The notes: a model not told the origin generated them from the letters alone. A stretch of 64,000 nucleotides of DNA from Desulfurococcaceae archaeon (GCA_038816475.1 JAWBAI010000003.1:1-64000), one strand, 5' to 3'; counted from the stretch's first letter, positions 28,807 through 38,698 are shown. Made by a program: numbers and translations.

Positions 28807-28926
28807 GAGTGTTCACCAAAGTTGCCTTCTCACATATGCTTACCGAGGTTATTCATGTACTTTGCAAGGTTTTCGGAATTCAAAAACAGGCATCGTTAAT
28901 GGTGTCCTCAGAACTCTGAGACCTGT

Positions 28927-28982
28927 GGAGTGATGAACAGTGGGAAACAGCCAGTAGCTTTCACAGTAAGAGGTCCCGAAGA
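28927..28982 (+). ncRNA. Possible box C/D sRNA
   Basis: C box GTGATGA at 28930 and D-like CCGA at 28976, about 50 nt apart, in an intergenic region; internal boxes are poor. Confidence 0.35.
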
Positions 28983-29070
28983 AGCTGTTGAGAATGTGAA
29001 TGGTTACGAGGCTAAACATAAAAACATAAAAGCCAATGAATAACCATTTACTGAAGGACGGTATTAATGG

Positions 29071-29607
29071 GTGTTGTTTATGCAGATCCGAGAAGAATTA
29101 GAAGTTGTTTTGAAAACCGTAAACTCCGTCGTTGTAAACCTAGAGAACACTATTTTAAGAACGAAGGAAGTGAAAGACGAGAAAACTGTCAGCTTAATAT
29201 CTCGAATAGTAGATTTTTTGAGGAAAATGGAATCGGTCATACTGCAAATTTCTTCCATGCTAGATACTGCTGGAGGCAACGTAGTGCTATTAGCTCCCTA
29301 CACGTATGTTTTTAGAACAGAAAGCGAACTGGTGTTCCTTAGGAGTAAACCCGAACACGTGATAATATCGATAGATTTTGCTAAGTCGAGCATTTCTATT
29401 AAAGTAAGACATGGAAGCTTAACAATAACGCCTAGCACCATGGAGGTGTGTGCAAGAGGTCTTAGTTTTCAAATAGACTTCAAGAGTTTCGATGCATTTA
29501 GGGAGAAAAGGGACGAGATAGGTTCGATTATGAGGATCTTCGAAAAAACCTTGTATAGGAGAATTGTACCTTTTGTAGAGCAGTTAGCAAAAACCGTTAA
29601 GAAGTAG
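29071..29607 (+). CDS. Hypothetical protein
   Basis: 178-aa ORF with a helical N-terminus; no motif recognised. Confidence 0.65.
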   Translation: MLFMQIREELEVVLKTVNSVVVNLENTILRTKEVKDEKTVSLISRIVDFLRKMESVILQISSMLDTAGGNVVLLAPYTYVFRTESELVFLRSKPEHVIISIDFAKSSISIKVRHGSLTITPSTMEVCARGLSFQIDFKSFDAFREKRDEIGSIMRIFEKTLYRRIVPFVEQLAKTVKK

Positions 29608-29637
29608 TAGTAGAGATCCGTAATCCTAACTGAGCTA

Positions 29638-30270
29638 CTAAGCAGAGGTCTTTACTTGCTCCTGTTCAGGTATAGTAACAGCCTTTGGTAGTTCCGCGAA
29701 CTTCTCTCTCATCTTCTGCTCGGCAACTATTCTGGCTTCTTCTAGTATTTTCTTTGCTTCGCTGTCAGCTGCTATTCCAACATCGATCGAGAGGTCAGCA
29801 ATACCGGTACCTATAACGGCCTCGAGCTCTCTCGAAGCCACCTGGAGGTCTATCCAAACGTCTGGAGCAACATTCTTTACTATTCCTACAGCCTCTTTTA
29901 GTACGTTTAGCACTGGTGCAACCTCGCTTACAGCACCTCCGTATATTATGAAGGTTTCAAGTTTCAGCGATGCGTGTTCAAGAGCGTACTGAGCTGTGAG
30001 TAGTTGCTTGCTGATCTTCCTGATCTCTGCAACCTCCTTTGCATACATCTTTGCACGTAGTTCGTCTTTTTTCATGAGAGCTTCAACAATGTTTTCAAAC
30101 AGAGCTCTATCTCTCTCTGCTAGTTTATCCAGGTAATTGGCTATTCTTCCCATAGCTGTTTTAAGTCTGTACTGAGCGATGATAGCCTTCTTCTCCAGGG
30201 ATTCCTGCTCGTTTGTAAATAGCTTCTTCAGCTTCTCGCCTATGGTCTCTTCTCTCTTAATCCAGGCCAT
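29638..30270 (-). CDS. ESCRT-III / Snf7-family CdvB paralogue (CdvB1/B2 type)
   Basis: ERDRALFE...RAKMYAKEVAEIRK...ALEHASLKLET and EAKKILEEA; no C-terminal winged-helix domain. Confidence 0.9.
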   Translation of the reverse strand: MAWIKREETIGEKLKKLFTNEQESLEKKAIIAQYRLKTAMGRIANYLDKLAERDRALFENIVEALMKKDELRAKMYAKEVAEIRKISKQLLTAQYALEHASLKLETFIIYGGAVSEVAPVLNVLKEAVGIVKNVAPDVWIDLQVASRELEAVIGTGIADLSIDVGIAADSEAKKILEEARIVAEQKMREKFAELPKAVTIPEQEQVKTSA

Positions 30271-30349
30271 CTTATACCCCCCGAGGGGGGATTCTCTAAG
30301 CTCGGTTTTTAAGGAATTGGACCATTGAGTATATCAAAGGTGCTGCGAT

Positions 30350-30646
30350 TTGAACGCGTATCAGCAGTTCATCATCTGTTACACCAACTGTGAACTTAGG
30401 TATATCGAGGCCTTGGCGATGATGGGTCTTATAACTAGTGTTAAACTGGAGAAGTGCGAAAAGGAGAAGTTCTCCAGGATAGTAGCATCTCTATTCGATG
30501 GAAGAACCATCACGTCGAAGTGCTATTTTGACGAAGAAACTAAGCACTCTCAAAAGATAATCACTGTTTACATTGAGCTAGCTAAAAGAAGCAATGCTAT
30601 TGGAAAACTCAAAATTGTGGAAGAAGCTCTGGAAGAAAAAGATTAA
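30350..30646 (+). CDS. Hypothetical protein
   Basis: 98-aa ORF with a GGTG RBS. Confidence 0.6.
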   Translation: MNAYQQFIICYTNCELRYIEALAMMGLITSVKLEKCEKEKFSRIVASLFDGRTITSKCYFDEETKHSQKIITVYIELAKRSNAIGKLKIVEEALEEKD

Positions 30647-30693
30647 AAGGAGCAATCGTTAGAATGCTACTTTGGTGATGAACGGTATTACCC

Positions 30694-31035
30694 GTGATCG
30701 GTGAACGAGCCCCCAATACTGATGTTAGAGCGAGAGTACTTGCAACTTTACTACTGATCTTTTCACTACTGGCTTTTTCCATGCAAGCGATCACAGGAGA
30801 AACCGGTAGTACAGGTAGTGATGAGATCGAGACATTAACAAGAGCTCCAAGAGATGTTGAAAGACCTAATAAGGGCGAACACCAGGCATACCACATTTAC
30901 ATAAACGTTCTGATAGTATCTATAGCCCTCTCCCTAACAGTAATTTTACTTGAAAGTGTGGATTGGTTAAGAACAAGGAAGCTTAGACACGAGGAAACAC
31001 AAAGCACGTCGATTCTCTTTTATAATTTTCTGTAA
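30694..31035 (+). CDS. Hypothetical membrane protein
   Basis: Two hydrophobic segments separated by a polar linker. Confidence 0.5.
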   Translation: MIGERAPNTDVRARVLATLLLIFSLLAFSMQAITGETGSTGSDEIETLTRAPRDVERPNKGEHQAYHIYINVLIVSIALSLTVILLESVDWLRTRKLRHEETQSTSILFYNFL

Positions 31036-31091
31036 CAATACAGATTCCTAGTGGAGCAGTTGTGAGTAGTTAAGCGTAATTGGTGTTTTGT

Positions 31092-32906
31092 ATGGGAGGC
31101 ATATTTTCAGCTATATGTCAAGACAATGTTCCTCGAGGAGCTATACTAGAGGGTCTCAGAAGGCTCATCTACAGGGGTTACGACGGTGCTGGATTAGCTA
31201 TACTTCGTGAAAACTTCATAGAAGTCAGAAAAGCACCAGGACACCTGATGAACGTTTCAAAAACCATTGATATGGTAAACATTGATAGCCCATTAGCAGT
31301 AGGTCATGTTAGATATGCTAGCAGAGGATGGCCGGTTTATGAGAACACGCATCCATTACTAGGATGCAATGGTACACTAGCTGTTGTTGGTGATGGCATA
31401 ATCGACAATTACGAAGAAGTAAAGGAGCAACTGGAGAAGAAAGGTCACGTGTTCTCCTCTCGAACTGATACAGAGGTAGCTGTGCACTTGCTTGAAGAGT
31501 ACTTGACAAAAGGCCGAAACATTATTGATTCTCTAATTGAAGTATCCAATATTCTCCAAGGGGTTTACGCACTAGTATTTGTAAGAGCAGGTGATAAGAG
31601 CTTATACCTAGTTCAACACGGACAACCGCTGGTCCTTGGGCTAGGACAAAGATGCATTTACGTTTCAAGTGACATACCGTCGCTTCACGGTTTTGCCGAC
31701 TTAGCTTACATAGTTGGAGATTACACAGTAGGTAGAATATCACTCGAGGGTGTTGAGCTTTTCAGCTCTCTCACAAAGACTAAAGTACAGCTCGAAGAAC
31801 TTCAGTCCAAGAGAGTTAAGTACCCACCTGAACTTGTGGATAGGGGAGGATTCCCACACTACATGATAAAGGAAATTTACGAAACTCCAAGTGCTCTTAT
31901 AAACACCACTCATGCTATCATGGAAAAATACCTTAGACTAGCAGCAATGATCATTCATGGAGCTAAACAGGTCTATGCAATTGGTACTGGCAGTAGCTTG
32001 CACGCAGCAATGGTTGCAACATACTACTTCAGCGAGCTGGCTGGTTTAAGTATTACTCCAATATCCGCAGCCGAATTCCCCTACTCCGTTCTAGAGAACG
32101 TAACAACAGGAACAGTAGTACTGGCCGTGAGCCAGAGCGGAGAGACAACAGATGTGATTGTAAGTATTAAACAGGCTAAACAAAGAGGAGCTGTAATTGT
32201 TGGTGTAACAAACAACGTTGGATCAAGGCTAGCTCTAGAATCAAACGTGTATCTTCCCATCGGTGCGGGACCCGAGATAGCAGTACCAGCAACGAAAACG
32301 TTCTCATCAACTCTCGCAGGATTATTAATACTGGCAGTGTACACCGGCGTCTACTCAGGTAAGACCGACTACAGTGGGTACAGAGATATCGTTGAGCAGA
32401 TCAGATCGTGTGCTAAGCTACTACAAACTAAGATACCTGAGTTCGAAGGGAGCATAAAACCGCTCATTCCGGACATCAAGGACTCAACAAGCATATACAT
32501 AGCTAGTAGTGGTATAACCCATCCAATAGTAATCGAAGGAGCACTCAAATTCAAGGAAGCAGCGTTAATACATGCGGAGGGTGTACAACTAGGTGAGCTA
32601 AGGCACGGCCCACTATCGATCGTCTCAGCAAGCTTTCCTGTAATACTCATTGAACCATACGAGGAAAAAGCACATCCCTTGTACATGAAGGTACTAAAAG
32701 AACTTGAGTTCAAAAACACAAAGACAATCACGATCGAATCCAAGATGAAAACCAAGTACCCCAGAATAGAAATTCCAGAAGTTCCAAGACACCTATATCC
32801 ACTGGTTGCAACAGTTGTTCTGCAGTTAATGGCTTACTATCTCGGTGTAGCTAGAAACCTACCGGTTGATACACCACCAAGCTTAGCTAAGACTATTACC
32901 ACTTAA
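31092..32906 (+). CDS. glmS: GlmS-like protein (GATase-II domain plus two SIS domains) with a degenerate glutaminase site
   Basis: YRGYDGAG, TDTEV, MIKEIYE, GTGSS, SQSGETTD, VPATKTF, EGALKFKE, ELRHGP and LAKT motifs. Begins MGGIF rather than MCGI. Confidence 0.88.
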   Translation: MGGIFSAICQDNVPRGAILEGLRRLIYRGYDGAGLAILRENFIEVRKAPGHLMNVSKTIDMVNIDSPLAVGHVRYASRGWPVYENTHPLLGCNGTLAVVGDGIIDNYEEVKEQLEKKGHVFSSRTDTEVAVHLLEEYLTKGRNIIDSLIEVSNILQGVYALVFVRAGDKSLYLVQHGQPLVLGLGQRCIYVSSDIPSLHGFADLAYIVGDYTVGRISLEGVELFSSLTKTKVQLEELQSKRVKYPPELVDRGGFPHYMIKEIYETPSALINTTHAIMEKYLRLAAMIIHGAKQVYAIGTGSSLHAAMVATYYFSELAGLSITPISAAEFPYSVLENVTTGTVVLAVSQSGETTDVIVSIKQAKQRGAVIVGVTNNVGSRLALESNVYLPIGAGPEIAVPATKTFSSTLAGLLILAVYTGVYSGKTDYSGYRDIVEQIRSCAKLLQTKIPEFEGSIKPLIPDIKDSTSIYIASSGITHPIVIEGALKFKEAALIHAEGVQLGELRHGPLSIVSASFPVILIEPYEEKAHPLYMKVLKELEFKNTKTITIESKMKTKYPRIEIPEVPRHLYPLVATVVLQLMAYYLGVARNLPVDTPPSLAKTITT

Positions 32907-32972
32907 GCGCTCACGGGATCTCGGGAAGATACTCTAACAAAGTTATTTTAGTTAATAAAACACACTAAAGTA

Positions 32973-33031
32973 TCAGCGATGAAGAATCCTAGTCCAGGTT
33001 GAGCGGTGATAGAGAGCTCCGGGGCAGAGCA
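32973..33031 (+). ncRNA. Box C/D methylation guide sRNA
   Basis: C-like GCGATGA (32976), D' TTGA (32999), C'-like GGTGATA, D-like CAGA (33025); AT-rich TATA-like region upstream. Confidence 0.6.
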
Positions 33032-33146
33032 CAGTTTTCCGCGGTAATCTCGTAGAGCTTATTCCCTATATGGTGTCATAATTAATAGGAGCCACATGAT
33101 ACTACACTACTGATAAGGGGTCTTGAAGATTTCAAGAGGCGATCTA

Positions 33147-34253
33147 ATGGAAATGCGCTTAGATCCATGGGGACATATGGCTATAGAAGACTACGAGAGA
33201 CTACTCTCAGAGTTCGGAATAAAACCAGTAAGAGAGCTTCTCGGAAAGTACAAGCTTGACCACTTCTACTTTACACGTGAAATAGTGTTTGGACATAGAG
33301 ATTTAGATATCTGGTTGGAGAGCCTATACGCTGGTAAAAAAGTAGCTGTTCTAACAGGGTTTATGCCTAGTGGTGAACCTCACTTGGGGACAGCCATGGT
33401 GTATGAGGAACTCAAGTATCTTCAGTCTAAGGGAGCCTTCGTTAAAATAGTAATTGCAGATGCGGAAGCATACGTAGTTAGAAAAGAGGATAGACGTAGT
33501 GTGATAGAGCAGGGCTTAAAGTTCATAGCTCACTCACTAGCGTGGGGTATTAACCCCGAGAAAGCAGAATTCTACTATCAAACCGAGATGTCTACACCTT
33601 ATTATAGGCTTATTCAGATGTTCTCCAGAAAGGTAACTTTTGCCGAGATGGAAGCTATATACGGAGAGATTACGCCATCAAAGATCATCGCGGCTCTAAC
33701 GCAGGCAGCTGATATTTTACACCTACAATTAGATGAGTACGGTGGATATAAATACGTTCTTGTACCCGTAGGAGCAGATCAAGACCCCCATTTAAGGCTA
33801 ACAAGGGACCTTGCAGACAGATTTGAAAACGAACTAGAGCTCAAAAGACCATCATCCATGTACCACAAGCTGATTAGGGGTCTTGACGGAAACAAGATGA
33901 GCAAGAGCAGACCAGAGTACGCCATACATCTCAGCGACCCCGTTGACTTAGCCGAGAAGAAACTCATGAACGCGCTAACAGGTGGGCGTGCAACAGCGGA
34001 AGAACAAAGAAGGCTAGGCGGAGAACCTTGGAAGTGCATGGTCTTTGAACTCTACATGTATCACTTGGTCCGTGACGATAAGCTACTGAGCGAAATACGT
34101 GAAGAGTGCATCAGTGGTAGAATACTCTGTGGGCAATGCAAGAGAAGAGCGGCTGAAATGCTTAGGGAACTTCTGGTGCAACATCAGAAGGCGCTCAGCG
34201 AGCAAAACGCTGAAGGTTTAGTGAAAAAAGTAGTTAAAGTACCGAAATTCTAG
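33147..34253 (+). CDS. trpS: Tryptophanyl-tRNA synthetase
   Basis: LDPW, GHRD, TGFMPSGEPHLG, QAADIL, VPVGADQDPH, KMSKS and CGQCK motifs. Confidence 0.95.
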   Translation: MEMRLDPWGHMAIEDYERLLSEFGIKPVRELLGKYKLDHFYFTREIVFGHRDLDIWLESLYAGKKVAVLTGFMPSGEPHLGTAMVYEELKYLQSKGAFVKIVIADAEAYVVRKEDRRSVIEQGLKFIAHSLAWGINPEKAEFYYQTEMSTPYYRLIQMFSRKVTFAEMEAIYGEITPSKIIAALTQAADILHLQLDEYGGYKYVLVPVGADQDPHLRLTRDLADRFENELELKRPSSMYHKLIRGLDGNKMSKSRPEYAIHLSDPVDLAEKKLMNALTGGRATAEEQRRLGGEPWKCMVFELYMYHLVRDDKLLSEIREECISGRILCGQCKRRAAEMLRELLVQHQKALSEQNAEGLVKKVVKVPKF

Positions 34254-34933
34254 AATTCAATGCTAATACCTATTTCTCTTAGGATCTCCGTAGCTGTAGA
34301 TGCGGGATCTGGCGAGGACGTTATCGCGGAACCTACGATGACGATATCTATTCCTTTCTCGATTAAAGGTCTTATTCGTCCTGGTTTAAGCCCGCCGGCA
34401 ACTGCTACTCTAACACCAAGTTCGCTTTTAACCTTGGCAGCTTCTTCTACGAGAACCTCGGCTGAAACCCCTCTAGCTTTCTGTACGCTTATTCCTACGT
34501 GAAATAGTATTACGTCTGGTTCTAATCTAGCTATCTCTAAGGCCCTACTATACGGTTCTCTGCACTCTATTAGATCAACTATTATTTTCTTGCCGTGTTC
34601 TCTAGCTGCCGAGACAGCTTCTTTAATGGTTTCAATGTCGGAGATCCCTAGAACAGTGAAGGCATCGGCTCCAGCGCTGTAAACAATTTTAGCTTCAATA
34701 TTGGGGACATCGATAGACTTCGTATCAGCAACCACAAAGCACTTTGTTAGATTCTTAAGGGCTTTAATTGCGATTTTACCCCATGCTTTTAGAAGTGGTG
34801 TACCAACTTCGATCCACAGATTCCTACACGTTGTTCTCGTAACAATGCTTGTAGCTATGTCAACAGCTTTAACTAGCTCTTCAACATCCAGTGCAACTTG
34901 AAGTACAGGGAACGAGTAGCTTATATCGTTCAA
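34250..34933 (-). CDS. hxlA: 3-hexulose-6-phosphate synthase (OMPDC/HUMPS family)
   Basis: LQVALD, IEVGTPL, ADTK, HVGISVQ, AVAGG and IVGSAIT motifs. Confidence 0.85.
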   Translation of the reverse strand: MNDISYSFPVLQVALDVEELVKAVDIATSIVTRTTCRNLWIEVGTPLLKAWGKIAIKALKNLTKCFVVADTKSIDVPNIEAKIVYSAGADAFTVLGISDIETIKEAVSAAREHGKKIIVDLIECREPYSRALEIARLEPDVILFHVGISVQKARGVSAEVLVEEAAKVKSELGVRVAVAGGLKPGRIRPLIEKGIDIVIVGSAITSSPDPASTATEILREIGISIEF

Positions 34934-34995
34934 ACTCTACGCACCTTGATTATTTGTACTCACAGTTGTAAAATAGCTTTACGGGATTTCAGGCT

Positions 34996-35739
34996 ATGAG
35001 TAGTAGTACTAGTCAAGCAAAGTACGTAAAGTCCTTGATAAGGGAAAGGATATGGAGGTTAATGGAAGAACCGAATATAGCGGATTTTCCTAGACCGGTT
35101 TTTGGTAGAATCCCCAATTTTAAAGGTGCTCGAGAGGCTGCAAACAAGCTTACAACACTTAATATTTGGTCAACAGCTAGTGTTGTAAAGTCTAATCCTG
35201 ATTCACCACAATACCCTCTGAGATTGAAGGCGCTTGAAGAAGGAAAAATTCTTGTGATGGCAACACCCAAGCTGAGATCAGGCTTCATATTAATAGATCC
35301 ACGTAAGATACCAGCTAGTAAGTACCAGTACGCAGCTACGATCAGAGGAGCCTTTGTTTATGGTAGAAGGGTTGGTCTGTCTGAGATTCCACCAGTGGAC
35401 ATCGTGGTAACGGGTTGTGTAGCTGTAAATCATCGTGGATGCAGAGTAGGAAAAGGTGGTGGATATAGCGAACTCGAGTATGGAATACTTCGTGAGCTGG
35501 GCTTAATAACAGAGCAGACACCAGTAGTTACAACCGTACACGAGGTGCAGGTAATAAGCGATGAAATACCATTAGAAGTTCACGACTTAACAGTTGACTA
35601 CTACGCTACTCCAAGCAGGGTAGTTGAAGTTAAACCTAGAGGATACAAACCCAGAGGAATATTCTGGAATCTCCTAAAGCCTGAGCTTAGGAAACTTGAT
35701 GTTATAAGAGAACTAGCTCGTTTAAAAAACATACAGTAG
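34996..35739 (+). CDS. 5-formyltetrahydrofolate cyclo-ligase-like protein (COG0212)
   Basis: [28 protein letters not shown] and HDLTVD motifs. Confidence 0.88.
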   Translation: MSSSTSQAKYVKSLIRERIWRLMEEPNIADFPRPVFGRIPNFKGAREAANKLTTLNIWSTASVVKSNPDSPQYPLRLKALEEGKILVMATPKLRSGFILIDPRKIPASKYQYAATIRGAFVYGRRVGLSEIPPVDIVVTGCVAVNHRGCRVGKGGGYSELEYGILRELGLITEQTPVVTTVHEVQVISDEIPLEVHDLTVDYYATPSRVVEVKPRGYKPRGIFWNLLKPELRKLDVIRELARLKNIQ

Positions 35740-35785
35740 CAACCCTCTGCGAGGTATTTAATACAATCCTGTTTAATCTAGAAGA

Positions 35786-36901
35786 ATGGTGTACACTGTG
35801 GTAGAGTTGAAGAACATTGATAACCTAATAAACATGGTAATAGAGAACGTAAACTCGTATTTAAAGAATTACTTTAAACACCTTCACGAAGAAGCCAGTG
35901 CGGAATCCGTGTACGTGGATGACTTGGTTAGCATTGTTGAAGACTACACATTAAGAGGGGGAAAGAGACTAAGAGCTGTTCTAGCACTGATAGGTTATCT
36001 AAGCAGAAAGCGGGAAATAAGCGATTTAGGGAACATAACCAAGGTCATGTCTGCAATAGAACTGCTTCAAAGTTACCTGCTCGTTCACGACGACATTATG
36101 GATAGAGATGAGCTTAGAAGAGGCGGTCCCACAGTTCATGCTTGGTTTAGAAGAAAATGTGAAGAGATGTACTGGAAAGACTGCGTTCACTACGGTATTT
36201 CTCAGGCTATAACATCGGGTGATTATCTTGAAGCAAACGCGGTTGCACTGCTCGCATCATTAAACGTAAGTGCAAGGACGCTCGCAGACCTTATAACAAC
36301 CTACAGCAGAGGGCTTAGAAAAGTTGCTTATGGTCAATACCTCGATGTTCTCCTATCACAAACATCTATCAGAGATGTTAAAGAAAGCGATGTTTTGCTT
36401 GTTTACAAGCTCAAAACATCCTCGTACACCGTTGAACTACCACTACACCTAGGCATTATCTCCTCGGAGAACTACAATGAGAATGCTCTTAGGGAGGCAA
36501 CGAACTATGCTATACCAGCGGGTTTAGCGTTCCAAATAAGGGACGACATAATAGGACTATATGGAGACCCGATGGTAACCGGGAAACCCGTAGGTAGTGA
36601 TGTAAGAGGGAAAAAGAAAACCCTACTTGTTGTTAAAGCATACGAGCTTGCTGACGAGAATGATAGAGGTTTTCTTAAACAGCTATACGATGAGCTGAGC
36701 GAAGCAGATATTACGTTAGATCACGTTGAAAGGGTAAGGAACATAGTCAGAAAAACCGGTAGCCTGGAGTACTGTGAAAGATTGCTAAGTAGTCTTGTAA
36801 AGAAAGCGCTGGAGTCTCTAGACGAAGCTCGAGAAATAAATGAAGACGCGAAGAAGCTACTAAAGGAGTTAACATTGAAACTAGCATACAGGGAGAAGTA
36901 G
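35786..36901 (+). CDS. Polyprenyl diphosphate (probably GGPP) synthase
   Basis: GGKRLR, YLLVHDDIMDRDELRRG, GQYLD, KT, FQIRDD and GKPVGSD motifs. Confidence 0.92.
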   Translation: MVYTVVELKNIDNLINMVIENVNSYLKNYFKHLHEEASAESVYVDDLVSIVEDYTLRGGKRLRAVLALIGYLSRKREISDLGNITKVMSAIELLQSYLLVHDDIMDRDELRRGGPTVHAWFRRKCEEMYWKDCVHYGISQAITSGDYLEANAVALLASLNVSARTLADLITTYSRGLRKVAYGQYLDVLLSQTSIRDVKESDVLLVYKLKTSSYTVELPLHLGIISSENYNENALREATNYAIPAGLAFQIRDDIIGLYGDPMVTGKPVGSDVRGKKKTLLVVKAYELADENDRGFLKQLYDELSEADITLDHVERVRNIVRKTGSLEYCERLLSSLVKKALESLDEAREINEDAKKLLKELTLKLAYREK

Positions 36902-36908
36902 TAACCAG

Positions 36909-37175
36909 ATGCTGTACGTGGTTTCTGCCGTGGGGAGAAGAAGAGGGGATATTGAGAATTGGTTGAAGAGAGTGTTCTTCGGAGGAAGAAAACAAGATTA
37001 CATCGTTCTTGTAAAGTTCAGAGTAAACGGTGAAGAGACACTACGTTCTATACCAGGAGAAATCATCACAGATGTGAGGGGCGGTTATATACGTGTAGGA
37101 GATGAGCTCATTCCTTTTCACAGAGTGGTAGAGATTAGAACTAAAAAAGGAGATGTGGTCTACAAAAGATATTAA
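36909..37175 (+). CDS. DUF504/UPF0248 (MJ1316-like) small protein
   Basis: IPFHRVVEIR signature. Confidence 0.8.
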   Translation: MLYVVSAVGRRRGDIENWLKRVFFGGRKQDYIVLVKFRVNGEETLRSIPGEIITDVRGGYIRVGDELIPFHRVVEIRTKKGDVVYKRY

Positions 37176-37198
37176 GAGGCTTTTCTGGGGCAACTCGG

Positions 37199-38479
37199 CT
37201 AAATCCAACCTCTAATTTTCATTGCTTTTACTACTCTGTCGACTGCGATCGCGTACGCGGCTATTCTCATTGGGTACTCTGAGTACTTCTTCTGCCACTC
37301 ATCGAACACTCTGTGGAAGTTCTGTGTCATCATCTTATCTAGTCTACTGAGAGCCTCTTCTTCTGTTAAGAAGCACCCCATTCTATTGTGGCTCCACTCG
37401 ATCCAGCTCATTGTAACACCACCAGCGTTTGCCAGAATGTCAGGTATCACTACTGTGCCTTTCTCGTGTAGAACCCTGTCAGCCTCAGGGGTTGTTGGTC
37501 CGTTGGCTCCCTCAGAAATGATCTTTGCTTTCACTCTGTTAACATTTTCGCTTGTTATAACATTCTCAATGGCAGCTGGTACTAGTATATCTACCGGTAG
37601 TTCCAGTAGCTCCATATGGTTTTCTGATACCTTTACATCGCCTTTCTTGTAATTCACCACGCTACCCGTCTCCGTTTTTACTCTTATAACCTCCTCAACG
37701 TCGAGTCCTCTGGGGTCATATATGTAGCCTTTGCTATCGCTAACAGCTACAACGGTTGCACCCCACTCTGCGAGGTACTTAGCCGCGTACATACCTACGT
37801 TTCCAAAGCCGTGTACAGCTACCGTTTTACCCTCAAGTCCTCCGAGAACTTTCTTAGCGGCTTCGCGAGCTACGAGTGCAACACCATATCCTGTTGATAC
37901 TACTCTTGCTTGAAGCCCTCCCAGCTCAACAGGTTTAGCTGTTACTACACCCCATGCAGGGTAGCCTACGATTCTACTGTACTCATCATAGTACCATGCC
38001 ATCACCTGCGGGTTGGTGTAGACGTCTGGCGCAGGGATGTCTATGTCAGGACCCACTTCTCTCGCTATCGCCGCAAAGTATTTTCTACTAAGTTCCTCGA
38101 GTTCTCTCTGAGAGAGCTCCTTCGGGTTAACTCTCACAGCACCCTTGCCACCACCGTAAGGTAATCCTGCTAGTGCGTTCTTCCAGGTCATCCACATTGA
38201 TAATGCTACGGTTTCACCAGCAGTAGCGTTAGGACTATACCTTATACCACCCTTGTATGGTCCTAGTGCACTATTGTGCTGACTTCTCCAGCCAATGAAA
38301 GTCGCTATTCTACCATTATCTCTCTTTATTGTGATCTTGACTTGCACCAGTTTCTCGGGATGTCTCAATGCTTCTACGATTTCATCTGAAAGTCCAAGAA
38401 TGTTAGCAACGTCCTTCAGTTGCTTAACGGCCATCAGGTACACAGGGTCGTTTTCGTAGAGTGTTGCGTACTCGGACAT
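37199..38479 (-). CDS. gdhA: Glutamate dehydrogenase
   Basis: GPYKGGIR, MTWKNA, GGGKG, DIPAPD, GFGNVG, EGANGP and NAGGV motifs. Confidence 0.96.
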   Translation of the reverse strand: MSEYATLYENDPVYLMAVKQLKDVANILGLSDEIVEALRHPEKLVQVKITIKRDNGRIATFIGWRSQHNSALGPYKGGIRYSPNATAGETVALSMWMTWKNALAGLPYGGGKGAVRVNPKELSQRELEELSRKYFAAIAREVGPDIDIPAPDVYTNPQVMAWYYDEYSRIVGYPAWGVVTAKPVELGGLQARVVSTGYGVALVAREAAKKVLGGLEGKTVAVHGFGNVGMYAAKYLAEWGATVVAVSDSKGYIYDPRGLDVEEVIRVKTETGSVVNYKKGDVKVSENHMELLELPVDILVPAAIENVITSENVNRVKAKIISEGANGPTTPEADRVLHEKGTVVIPDILANAGGVTMSWIEWSHNRMGCFLTEEEALSRLDKMMTQNFHRVFDEWQKKYSEYPMRIAAYAIAVDRVVKAMKIRGWI

Positions 38480-38582
38480 GAACTAACCCCAGGTATTAGT
38501 AAATACAGGAAAAGCTTTTAAGTACCTATATACAGTATATATGCGTATGTTTAATGCATGCTTGTGGAATGGTCAACGAGCA

Positions 38583-38642
38583 GGATTATCAGCCCTCACA
38601 CGGTTCTTCACGAAACCTCAAGACCGAAGTCGTTCATCATCC
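38583..38642 (-). ncRNA. Box C/D methylation guide sRNA
   Basis: C ATGATGA, guide ACGACTTCGGTC, D' TTGA, C' GTGAAGA, guide ACCGTGTGAGGG, D CTGA; terminal GGAT/ATCC pairing. Confidence 0.85.
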
Positions 38643-38698
38643 ATCTTATCTTAAAGATTATTTACCTAGTTAAATCTTAACGTGACCTGGAATTAGGG

